From Albugo candida (lineage: Eukaryota): a stretch of DNA of 64,000 bases. This document shows positions 12,913-23,440 of the stretch, in pieces. Below the pieces are notes generated by a model. That model saw nothing but the letters and a program-made list of their open reading frames with translations. It did not search any database and was not told the DNA's origin. The stretch covers positions 372,001-436,000 of the forward strand of contig JBDOQK010000011.1 in assembly GCA_040437565.1 (NCBI GenBank), written 5' to 3'. The position numbers and the translations under genes were made by a program. How positions within the stretch are numbered: position 1 is the stretch's first letter; every line of letters begins with the position of its first letter.

Positions 12913-14274
12913 AATGCTGTCGAGGAGCTACCGCTACCTGTATGTTATCATATATGGTGAATATTCATTATAATCAAAGGATATGACATTCGGATAGCTC
13001 CGAGTCGGAAGCGTTTGCGCTCTCTTGCTCTCTTTACAGAACTGGTTTGTGTGAAAAAGCTCCAAGGAAACGTGTTCTCACTATGTTTAATCATTGAAGT
13101 TTCAGGAACAATTTCTCGCACTCATATTGACTCACAAACTTCTTCACACACAACGCGATTAAATCAGAACAAAATAATGATTTTCATCGAGCTGGCAATA
13201 TTCACAAGCGGTGTAGTTCTATTGGAAAATCCAATGAGAGTCTTCAACGCATTTATGAGAAGCGATAGAGTGTTCTGTGGATCTCCTCACGACGCAATTG
13301 CGTCAAGAATCAGAGATTGCACCTCCACCGATGTTGTGCACTTGGGGATTCAGATCACAAATGATAGCATCCATTCGCAAGTATCAGTCGGAAGTCACTN
13401 NNNNNNNNNNNNNNNNNNNNNNNNNNNNNNNNNNNNNNNNNNNNNNNNNNNNNNNNNNNNNNNNNNNNNNNNNNNNNNNNNNNNNNNNNNNNNNNNNNNG
13501 CACTTGGGGATTCAGATCACAAATGATAGCATCCATTCGCAAGTATCAGTCGGAAGTCACTGTGACAAATGAAATAGCTCTATTTACAATTCAATGAGCT
13601 TTGCTTGGTTAGCCAAGTGTGACTGCGAATACGACACTGATAGTGGTAACGCTGGGATCTTCTTATCCTATCTGAGCAATTTTGAACTACCGGATTAGAT
13701 ATGTATCAGATCAATGGGAGCTCAGTGCGACCTAGGTCGTATATAAACATAGTCCTCTTTTGTGAAGCGTACTCAGCTCGGGTCAGATTTGTCCTGATTG
13801 CATGTCTTCTTAAGTCTAACTATAAGTGGTTCTACCTCTTATAAGCGCGGAATATCACGTCTCATATGTCAACTGCATGCATGCTGACAGAAACAAAAAC
13901 GGAAAGTGGTGACTGCTTGCCAAGGCAGAAGAGGAGTTACACAGGAGTAATAGGAGCCAGCATTCTTCTGTTAAATGTATAAAGTCTAACAACTCGTTGT
14001 CTGTGATATAAGCTGATTTTATGTCAGTACAAAGCAGTCAATATATTTGACGCACAGCCTCAGCTATTGATACCACTATCCTGAAGGGTACTGAAGTACG
14101 GGCTGCCCCTACTGAGATTACTGAGCGATCAAGCAGCTGCTCGTCCCTTTAAAGAGATATCTCGCAGCAGATTATTATTTATTGAAGAAATATTATAAAC
14201 TTTGCTTATGATACTTGCCATAGGAACAATTGCTATCCATTTCCCAATAGTAATCAATTCCGGGACCGTATAAA

Positions 14275-15444
14275 ATGAATTATAAAAGTACAAGCCATAC
14301 AAGTCGACATGGTAGCAAAACAGAAGGATTGCATCGTTGCGGTGTTACTATCTGCTCCAACGCAGCAGTTGCGGACGGTTTGTGTACGATGCACCTACAG
14401 CGAGTCGGCGAAAATGAATTGAGCCAAAATAGTGACGTCGAGCAGCATCCTCTAATAGTATCAAGTCAAGGTGTAATAGATTCCCAGTTGTCTGTAGCGG
14501 CTAAAAAGCAGAGAATCCCGCTTCCTGTGTTTTCTAGCGATGATGAGATGATGGCATCTGGTACGAGCATGAGCCAGGAGAAGTCAATGGAGACAATGCA
14601 AGTGTCCTCACGGCGAGGAATGTCTTCTGACACAGCTGAGCAAGAAACCACACTGTGTAGTAGAAGGGTGGGAAGCATTTATAATCCTTCTTCCGTCACT
14701 GATTATCGCGTTGCTTCACATCATTCGGTATTGCATGACGCGTTGGATCGAAATTATGAGTCAATTTCACGGCGAGAGCGAAACCGAATTGCTGCAAGAA
14801 AGTCTCGCCAACGAAAACTTGATAGAATATCGAATTTGGAGGAAGAAAAAGCGCGTTTGCAACAGCAACGGGACAGGCTAGTGAAAGAAATACAAGGACT
14901 TGAAACCAAAAGTGCGGTCAACCCCTTACAACGTGCCATTTTTCCAATGTCGGACTCTGACTGCCAACAGCTCCAATTGCGTCGTTCAAGAATCATCAAG
15001 TCATTGGCAAGAGCTTACAATACAGGAAAAGTATGGGAAACATTTGGCGTCTTACGTGAGGATGCAATTCTTAGTGGGACACAAAATTCTTCGATAGAGT
15101 TGAGAGGATCTGAAGCTATAATCTTGGATTATTTCTACTGTAAATCCCTATTTCGTCACTTCGAATTAAATCATACCAACGTGGAATGCGATGGACTTCG
15201 GAGTCAGCATTTTCGTGCAAAGTGGACATTTTCTGGCATCCTGTTTGGCAGTGGCGTGACCCTAAATGAGAAATTTGCGCCGCTGGTGCGTTCTCTCTCA
15301 GGGAAAACTTTGCATATCGAAGGTACAACTAGCTTTTCTTTCAGTTGCGAAAAAATCGCATACATCCACCGTTCCGCAAACCAGTCCAAACTGTTGTCCT
15401 CATTAATGAAGCAATGCGGATTGTATAGCGACCAAGTTCCTTAA
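14275..15444 (+). CDS. bZIP transcription factor (oomycete type)
   Basis: Basic region RRERNRIAARKSRQRK with canonical Asn and Arg, leucine zipper ISNLEEEKARLQQQRDRLVKEIQGL, and a C-terminal NTF2/SnoaL-like alpha/beta region. Confidence 0.9.
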   Translation: MNYKSTSHTSRHGSKTEGLHRCGVTICSNAAVADGLCTMHLQRVGENELSQNSDVEQHPLIVSSQGVIDSQLSVAAKKQRIPLPVFSSDDEMMASGTSMSQEKSMETMQVSSRRGMSSDTAEQETTLCSRRVGSIYNPSSVTDYRVASHHSVLHDALDRNYESISRRERNRIAARKSRQRKLDRISNLEEEKARLQQQRDRLVKEIQGLETKSAVNPLQRAIFPMSDSDCQQLQLRRSRIIKSLARAYNTGKVWETFGVLREDAILSGTQNSSIELRGSEAIILDYFYCKSLFRHFELNHTNVECDGLRSQHFRAKWTFSGILFGSGVTLNEKFAPLVRSLSGKTLHIEGTTSFSFSCEKIAYIHRSANQSKLLSSLMKQCGLYSDQVP

Positions 15445-15641
15445 TATAGTATCTCATGCTAAATTCTAGTAATACCAGTATCAATGCAACAATAACCCGA
15501 ATGTCAGCCGTCTACATACAGAGTTGCGAGCTGGATAGATAAACAGAACTTACGCGTAGCTATGTCAACGGAGGAGAGCCTCCTGACATATATTGGGCAG
15601 TAATCACCCAAGTACCTTGAAAACCAATCATAAGCTACGCA

Positions 15642-17411
15642 ATGAGCTCGGCTGTAAATTCCGTTCAAGATGAAGAGGAACAAGTTCTTGTCGCTGTCTA
15701 CCCAAAACAGAATAACGTCATGGTTGTGCAAGTACCAAAACGGTTGTGCATTTCGGACTTGGAAAAGTGTTTAGCCCAAGAATATCATGCTGTATTTCCA
15801 GAAAAAAGCTCTCTAAAAACGAACGCGGTACGAATTCTAAAATGCATACCAACGGTCAATAGCGTCGAAAACCGATACGCAATGATGTTCCCAGAATTAA
15901 AGACATTTTCAGACCCAACTCAAAATGCCTCTTGCTTTGTGGATTTGGCGAAAAACGTGCAAGTTGGCAATGCTTTCCACCAAATGGAGCGTGTATATGT
16001 CATCGAAGAAGTTCATGTGAATGAGCCACAAGCTCTGATTCAGCTTAGTGAAGAGAATACGATTGAAATTGGTCCCTCAAAAGTGGCTGAACCAGTTCTC
16101 AAGAACAAAAAAAGACCCTCGGAAACAGTAGTAGCTTCCGACACGGCTGAGGCTGAAGTAAAGGTGATTGATAGCGCTAGTGGAGTGACTATCCAACCCA
16201 AGAAAAAAGCTCGAAATTTGAAAGAAAAGTCGAAAGCAACCCAAGGAACTACGGAACCAATAAAAGTGAAGAAGCAAATCGCTTCAAAGAAGAAAGATAC
16301 GATAAAAAGTAGTGTTGCTGAAAAAGCTAAGGACACTGAAGAGAGCGAGCAAAAGCAGTCTTTAGATAAAAAGAAAAAGGTGAAGACCGCCAAGGAGATC
16401 AAATTGGATGCATTAGGAACCGATGAGAAACAAAAAAGCTCTCAAAATGTAATTTCGTCATCCAACTCCCCCGAAGTCACTGAGATTGAGGAATCTCCCC
16501 ACAAAATTCCAAAGAAAAAGCCCGCTCGTCGCGCCAAGAATGAGCAAGGTGCAACAAAGCTTGCCACTCCTTCCATTCCATCGGGGAAAGTAGCTTTTAA
16601 TGACGGCGCCAATAAATCCAACGAGAAATCAGTAGAATCCTCCAAACAAACAACGACGTTGGCTAGCAAGCCGAAAGCAATGAAACGTGAATTTCAAGAA
16701 ATTCTGCTTGCTGCTCAGGAGCGAATCGCTCGCGACAAGCTTCAAAATTTACAAGATATAACCTCTCCGCCTTCAGAAGAAGCAAAAGCCGTCCCTGAAA
16801 AAGCTCAGACAACGGTGCAAAGTCAACCCGTTAATGGTAGTGACTCAGAATCTACTTCTGAAGAGGATACACAGCCAGAGCCCCAAAGGGAAAAACAGGA
16901 TTTACCGTCGATGTCGAGCAGTACTGAAACTTCCGAAGACGAATTCAATTATTCTCAAAAACTCTTGGCAGATTTGACTCAAAGCGGTACGTTACCTGTC
17001 CACCACACCGCCGCACTCCTATTGTTCAATTCTTATCTGTGTAGCTGAAGCACCTTCTATGCCCATCGTTCCAAGCAAGCCTACAACGAAGACGTCCAAA
17101 GTCACAAAGGCTAAAAAGAATCGAGAGCAAAAACTACAGGAAGAGATGGAGCTGCTATCAAAAAATCTTCGAAAGCTTCAGAAAGGTAAGCGCAATGCTA
17201 AGCGTAGACTTTATATCTGACATTATTGACTATAGCTCAAGCCGAGTCGGCAGACAGTGTGCTATCACCACCACTTTCCAAGAACCAATTCTCGCTAGAT
17301 CAAGTTGCTGTTGGGAAATTGACGCGTTCTACTAAGAATCCATTCACCTCAACAACCGAGTCAAAGGCAACAAAAGTGCCGAAATCTCGCGCGAAAAAAA
17401 CAGCTTCATAG
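15642..17411 (+). CDS. Lys/Glu/Ser-rich hypothetical protein with globular N-terminal domain (3 exons)
   Basis: 468-aa ORF continued through introns ~16988-17044 and ~17186-17236 to the stop at 17411; low-complexity basic and acidic tracts. Confidence 0.6.
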
Positions 17412-17457
17412 AATCGAATCCTCGTAAACATACGCCAGTCTCATTGAATCAATTAGA

Positions 17458-20400
17458 TCAAGGATGGATTCCATTTGTGATTTTCTGGAATACATCATAC
17501 TGCCATGTGCGATAACTATTTTGACTCTTGCGTACAATGTGCAACACGTGCTTGATCACTTGTTGCTGATTCAACTCGAGCTTGAATAATCGTTCTGTTC
17601 GACACAACACATCGCGTGGATGCTGCGACAGAAAACACGGGTACGATGAATCATGCGCCATCACAGCTATCATCATCAGGATAGTATCGGCATGCTGGCG
17701 CAACGCAAGAAAGCCTTGGATCATAAGGATCACAAAAGCTTTGAAATACTCCGATTGCGTGCCACCCATTGCATCAATCATTTCCTGCGGCAATTTGAAC
17801 GGTGCTGTTTCTAGACTAAATTTTCCTCCAGGAGCAATGCCCAAGATGAACCCATAGTCGATGTGGATGATGAATCCCTGGCTATCCAGCATGATATTGC
17901 CATTATGACGATCTTTGATTTGCAGGAGGTAGCAGACTAAGCAATACGCAGCCAGACTTCGGACGAAATTGGCCATTGCGATTCGAAACTTGCCAGACTC
18001 ACGCTCGCCATACATTCTCACAAAATGATCGCCCAGATTCGTATACCCTTGACGTTTCTTCAAAGCATCCAAGGAAGTCGAGTTTTTCAGATACTCAATC
18101 ATCCCCGTCGAAGCTGATGTGACCATGATACCATAAGGAACAAGACGTAATGGTAGCTCCGCATGATCAAAGATATCTTGAAATTGGCGTATTAATTGGA
18201 GACAGAATTTCTCCTGTCTCAAGTCATCATTCGACTTGACAATCAGTCCAACAAGATCCCAGCTTGTGTCGTCACCCTCACGCGCTTTTAGGACGCCATA
18301 CCGCTGTGACTCCAGTCGAATTCGTTCTCTCATTTCTTCAAAACTTTCCCCAAAAGCAGAGTCAGCGGCTTTCGTGAGCTTTGGACGATTTTTCGAAAAG
18401 TGATTGACAATCAAATCCAATTGATCGCTCAAGATTTGTATATCTCGCGATAATCCAGCTTTCTCAGTTTCTGTGGCATTCGGGATAACTATGCGCTCCA
18501 CAGCTTCACGAATACTTTGCATTGCTGCCATTGTGCCGTCAATATCGAACACATCGCAAACGCCCTGAGGTACTGTAGAGGATTCCTCTTCGTCGAAATT
18601 GCCATTCTCTTGTGTTAGCTCAGTAAAACACGCATTATCAGTAGCGGGCGTATTAGCATTCATCGCAGCGGAGGCAATCTCACAGGCGCTTTCCACTTTT
18701 CGGTTCGGCCCCTTTTGAGAAAAAGACTTTTCTGTTGTATCGCGCTCACGATATTGTCGGCTTGAGGAAGCAGCATCTATCGTCTGATGGGATCCAAAAA
18801 CATCGGCACCGGTGAAATCTGACAAGGTCAGTTTCTTGTTCCCTTTGGCTCGCGTGAAAGGAGCTTTTTTGCTTTCAGCTGTGTTTGGCGTGAAACGCGG
18901 TGTCGTTTGTAATGCAAGCAATCCCAAACGATACGCTTTCTGCGTACTTGGCTCGAACCCACAAGTCTTCCTTTGGGGCAGCTTGGGTGGTCGGATCGAC
19001 AAATCCTCGGATTCCTCTTCTTGTCGCTGTATGGGCTCCAAAGCACCACTTCTAACCAGTTCTTCGCCGAGCCAGGTTGCGTCTTCTTCGTCCCGAACAA
19101 TTTCATTTGCGATCATCCAGGACAGGACCTCTTTCCCGTTTAAAGCGAGATCTTGCCCGAAATTAAATTCGCAATTTTCTCTTTCTTGGAAAATGTCGTA
19201 CGCCATATTGTATGCTATCGACGCCAATTGTGTGTCCGTGTAAAGCTCGAATCTAGAGAGCATTTTACTCCCACTTTCACGTTCCATTTCAATCTGCGAG
19301 ATAGCATCGCTTTGTTGTCCGCTGCTGGTTCGTCCAATGTCAGATAAAAAAGAGGAAAATCGCTCATCTTCCCGATTAATACGTCGAATGGCTGCAGGGC
19401 TATCAAATAAATCCTCGGTGGTGATTTCATGGCGCGAGTGTGTTTTCTCGATCACAGACTCGGATCCTGGTCGTACCCGTGCAGAATTTGGCAGTGAGTC
19501 ACGACTTGACTTTCCAGATCGGACGGCTTCGTGCAAGGTGCTGGATCTTTTTCTGCTTCCAATTGGAGTAGCACATTCCGAATCACCATCAGCGCCGCTA
19601 AGTTGTGTAGCGACTTGGTGTGCCAACTCGCTTGAGGCTGCACATGCAACAGCACAGGCAGCGAATGACTCACGATCGTACCCGAACGATGTCTGCAAAT
19701 TAGCCATCCCCGATATAGTGTGATTGCCTGACCAAGAGGGCGACTCACTTTTGGAAAACCCTTTTGATACAGCGTCATTCAGGATGCGTCTTGACCAATT
19801 TAAAGTGGCGAGATCGCTACTTTCCTCATAGTCTGTTTTATCGACTGCTTCCACCTCAAAAAATATCAAAGTCGGAGCGCGAGCTTTGGTCGTAAATACA
19901 GCTCCTTCTTGTGTCGCTACACTTAGAAATCGCTGTAGTGAATCTCCGCAGGTGCCCAAAGGATAAAAACTGTGTCGATTGAGTACCAAATTCTCTAATC
20001 CTGCCGGAAGATGAAGTCGTCGCTCTGAAATCGGTAGATGGCGCAGCTTTTCCGTAAGATTACACAACTGGCTGACAAAATCGATCTGATTTTTGAATAT
20101 CGCGTAAGTTGATTTCTCGGTCACTGACTCAGATATCATTTGTGCGTAGACAGACGGGAACAAATGCTGTACTTCCTCGCGTGTTTGCGGCAGCCGATAT
20201 CGGAACACCTCCAAATCAAGAGCTTTCTGATACATTGGAGGAAGTATTGCAAGTCGTAAAGCCTCACACATTGGTCCAACTGAAGAAACCAGAGACATGT
20301 CAGCCTCATCGGAGCGTGATCGAGTGATGGGCTCCAGCAAAATCCGTAGTCGTGCAAAGAGAGATTGTAACATAAGCGTCTGCAACGGAGATGCTGGTAG

Positions 20401-21765
20401 ATCGTTGTCAGGCTGAAAGGTCCAATCTTGCTGTATTTGCATTTCCAAATTAATTAGTAGGATCTTACAAGCGCAAAACCTTCGAAATAAAAACTCGGGC
20501 ACGAAATGCTCGGACTGATCGTATCCCCACCCACAACTATCATCAATCGCCGCTCTTGTGAGCCAGTAGAGACATGTTGCTAGACGAATATGACGATAGA
20601 CTGCGTATGCGATCACTTGCATCAGTAACGCGGCTTTGATTGTGTTTTGAATGTCATTTAAGGTAAGCCACATGTGAAATACTTGAGGTAAGAAAAACTC
20701 AAAGTCCGCCATATTCTCATGCGACAACTGAAGTAGCACATTGCTCACAATTGCGTACGCTTCGTCGGCTCCATGACGGTGCAAATGTAAAAGCTGTATT
20801 GCGTCCGAAATCCCAAAACCTGCTTCTTGCGTTTGCAAACGTATTCTTTTGATTTCGTCACGAAGGCTCGCAGAAACGGGTATAGCTTCGGCATACTGAA
20901 CTTCAATCACTTGATGACTTTCAGTGGCGTCTTCCTGAATGCGATGAAGTTGGCATATTCCCTGCAAAGTGATTGCGACACTCAAGATGAATCGCTGAAC
21001 ACGAAAACAACGCGTGCAAGTACGAACTGCTTTCGATTTGCTATAGTGCAGAAGACTGATAAAGCGCTGACTATGATAGGAGCAAACAGTTTGGCCGCAG
21101 TTCCGACAGTGATGCTGTCTCTTTGTGCTCGTTTTCCCGTCAAATTTCACACCGCAATTGGGATGGCTACAGCTAGTCTGATTCTCAAATCTCGGGGCTT
21201 CTGTAGCGATTTTGAGATCTTCTAACATGCTCTTTTGACAGATAGAAAGCCCGGAAAGCGATGTGATCAGCATTACGGAATTCCATTTTTTGTTCAAAGA
21301 ATGCTGTACAAGCATCTGCCAGACCTGAAAGCACGTCTGAGAGCCTCTTAACGCTCTCTCAATGTACTGAATCCACATTTTCTTCTCTTCCGGCAACATA
21401 GCATCGATATTATAGACACTTCCGTGACGAAATGATAGTTTAAATGCATTATGATAGGTGTGGAGTAGACCGTTACCGTCCCAAGTCTGCACATCTTCTA
21501 TTTCTGCACTCAATGAAGCACTTTCCAGCATCTCAAACGAGCAAGTATCATCATCGGACGATAAATATCGGAAGAAAATCAGACCGATACAGCGACAGAA
21601 ATACCGCTTCATACGATGGTACGTCAGGCCATCTTCGCGCATATATAGAAAGCCTTTGATCCCCGTACCGTCTATTTCTGTTTTATACGAGAAAGGTGCC
21701 ATGGATTCAGTATCACAATCATCCGAAGATGGATATTCGATCGGGGTGTTGGGTGTGCTCGCCAT
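17458..21765 (-). CDS. Phosphatidylinositol 4-kinase (PI4KIII-beta/Pik1-like) with PH, FYVE, helical and DEP-like domains
   Basis: Single 1435-aa ORF. PH (IKGFLY...EEKKMWIQYI), FYVE (RQHHCRNCGQTVC...RTCTRC), EFFLPQV helical region, kinase motifs VKSNDDLRQE, IKDRHNGN, HIDYG, ETAPFKL. Confidence 0.92.
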   Translation of the reverse strand: MASTPNTPIEYPSSDDCDTESMAPFSYKTEIDGTGIKGFLYMREDGLTYHRMKRYFCRCIGLIFFRYLSSDDDTCSFEMLESASLSAEIEDVQTWDGNGLLHTYHNAFKLSFRHGSVYNIDAMLPEEKKMWIQYIERALRGSQTCFQVWQMLVQHSLNKKWNSVMLITSLSGLSICQKSMLEDLKIATEAPRFENQTSCSHPNCGVKFDGKTSTKRQHHCRNCGQTVCSYHSQRFISLLHYSKSKAVRTCTRCFRVQRFILSVAITLQGICQLHRIQEDATESHQVIEVQYAEAIPVSASLRDEIKRIRLQTQEAGFGISDAIQLLHLHRHGADEAYAIVSNVLLQLSHENMADFEFFLPQVFHMWLTLNDIQNTIKAALLMQVIAYAVYRHIRLATCLYWLTRAAIDDSCGWGYDQSEHFVPEFLFRRFCACKILLINLEMQIQQDWTFQPDNDLPASPLQTLMLQSLFARLRILLEPITRSRSDEADMSLVSSVGPMCEALRLAILPPMYQKALDLEVFRYRLPQTREEVQHLFPSVYAQMISESVTEKSTYAIFKNQIDFVSQLCNLTEKLRHLPISERRLHLPAGLENLVLNRHSFYPLGTCGDSLQRFLSVATQEGAVFTTKARAPTLIFFEVEAVDKTDYEESSDLATLNWSRRILNDAVSKGFSKSESPSWSGNHTISGMANLQTSFGYDRESFAACAVACAASSELAHQVATQLSGADGDSECATPIGSRKRSSTLHEAVRSGKSSRDSLPNSARVRPGSESVIEKTHSRHEITTEDLFDSPAAIRRINREDERFSSFLSDIGRTSSGQQSDAISQIEMERESGSKMLSRFELYTDTQLASIAYNMAYDIFQERENCEFNFGQDLALNGKEVLSWMIANEIVRDEEDATWLGEELVRSGALEPIQRQEEESEDLSIRPPKLPQRKTCGFEPSTQKAYRLGLLALQTTPRFTPNTAESKKAPFTRAKGNKKLTLSDFTGADVFGSHQTIDAASSSRQYRERDTTEKSFSQKGPNRKVESACEIASAAMNANTPATDNACFTELTQENGNFDEEESSTVPQGVCDVFDIDGTMAAMQSIREAVERIVIPNATETEKAGLSRDIQILSDQLDLIVNHFSKNRPKLTKAADSAFGESFEEMRERIRLESQRYGVLKAREGDDTSWDLVGLIVKSNDDLRQEKFCLQLIRQFQDIFDHAELPLRLVPYGIMVTSASTGMIEYLKNSTSLDALKKRQGYTNLGDHFVRMYGERESGKFRIAMANFVRSLAAYCLVCYLLQIKDRHNGNIMLDSQGFIIHIDYGFILGIAPGGKFSLETAPFKLPQEMIDAMGGTQSEYFKAFVILMIQGFLALRQHADTILMMIAVMAHDSSYPCFLSQHPRDVLCRTERLFKLELNQQQVIKHVLHIVRKSQNSYRTWQYDVFQKITNGIHP

Positions 21766-21834
21766 GATGATGTACTTTACATACGTTTAGGACATTAAAA
21801 CCTGAAGTTGGGATGTTTCATCTATCCTCTAATT

Positions 21835-23276
21835 TCATAAATCGTTACTTTTGATATCTGTCTGGTTTAATATATTCCTATCGGCAGCAATTGTGGTATT
21901 CCATAATCGCGAAACGTAAATGTCGGGTTCTGTCCATGATATGACAATTCTAGAGAATCCATAGATACCAAGCAAATACGCTCCTAGAAGAACTACAAAC
22001 CAATTCTGAGTATCAACATATCTATACGATTGTGCCAAGAAAACTTACTGATTCGAAAAGAGTGCAAGGAATGGTCCGGATTGAAAAAAGTGACATCCGG
22101 GAAACCCATAATATTGCAAAACATGTGGACCAGAAAAACGCCGATAAGGTGACCTATCAATACAGGGAAGTCAAGGATACAGATAAGGAATGGAAGGAAA
22201 CCTGTTCTCATATAGATGAAGGTTGCATAAGCGCCAAATAATGTTGTGTATAAGAGCTGGAATCCTGTCATCAATATTAGTAAGGTGAAGAAAATGACGA
22301 GTTTATGAAATATTGTACCAACAATCAATGCTGCATCCCATAGGGATCGACCGCCTCGCAAATGTTCTATGAAATGATGCAGATGGGCTTTTGGCATCAA
22401 ACGTCAGTATCTAAAAGTCAAACACTTGACCGATGGCATACCAATCCCAAATGTGAGCGGGCTTGCTAGAATGATTTGCTTATGGCTGAAGTCGGAGCAT
22501 ATGAGCAATGGTATCATGCAGCTCCGAAAGACAAATTCTTCTGTAATTGGACCCTACCGTGAACACACTTTACAATTGTAAATTGTATAAACATTTGCTC
22601 GAAATTTGTACTCACAACGATATAGTTTCTCAGTGCTGGTAGCCGTTCACGTGTCATTGCATACACAAAAGAGGAGTTCCGAACTGCGTTGCATAGCCGA
22701 TTCGACGGGTATTGTCGAGATACATTTAGAATGCGTAGTCCATTGGATAAGAGCGATCCTGTGAATAGAACAGCCGTAATAACCACCGGAATGATTAGTG
22801 CCTTCAGCAATCCATCCGATCGAATGCCGAGCCACTCTGCGAATGATAAACTACGATCATCCTACACCATATTATTTTTCACTCACTGATAAAAAAAATC
22901 TCATCGCAAGATACCTGCTGGCTAAATGCTGCGAGCACAAAAGGGCACAAAGTGCAAAGGATCAAAATGAGAAATAACCTTCCAATAATCTATCATTTGT
23001 AAGCTTTGTGTAAGACGTTTCGTGTCGAGAAAAGTTGCCCAATTTTGAATCGAAGGAATGGAAAATGTGACGTACATGGGTAGGATGATCTCGTGGAAGC
23101 TGACGTATGTTTTTCGGAAGTGCATAAAGTACGCCGACATAAGCAGCAGCCATGCACAGACATGATATCACTGCTACTGTTGGATGCAGTTGGAACCGAA
23201 TTCGCTTACTTCCGAATGGAGTGGAAGACGTTATGGAGCGCAAGGGAGCACTGGCGTTGGAGGCAGCAAAATGCAT
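21835..23276 (-). CDS. RCE1: CAAX prenyl protease 2 (Rce1), multi-exon
   Basis: Exons give AYVGVLY...RDHP, PITEEFVFRSC, AHLHH, YTTLFGAYATF, HMFCNIMGFP, the hallmark Rce1 motifs. ATG at 23276 lies just before a gap. Confidence 0.85.
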
Positions 23277-23440
23277 TCCCAACACTTTGCATCTATGCTG
23301 CCTTTCANNNNNNNNNNNNNNNNNNNNNNNNNNNNNNNNNNNNNNNNNNNNNNNNNNNNNNNNNNNNNNNNNNNNNNNNNNNNNNNNNNNNNNNNNNNNN
23401 NNNNNNNATCCAAAATAAGAATTACGGAATCAGAGTCTAA

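Noticed and set aside
13015-13597. ORFs upstream of SIN1
   Set aside because: Non-ATG starts, lengths inflated by an N gap, no recognisable motifs.
17582-21790. Numerous antisense and alternative-frame ORFs inside long genes
   Set aside because: Shadow ORFs of real coding regions, with no independent motifs.
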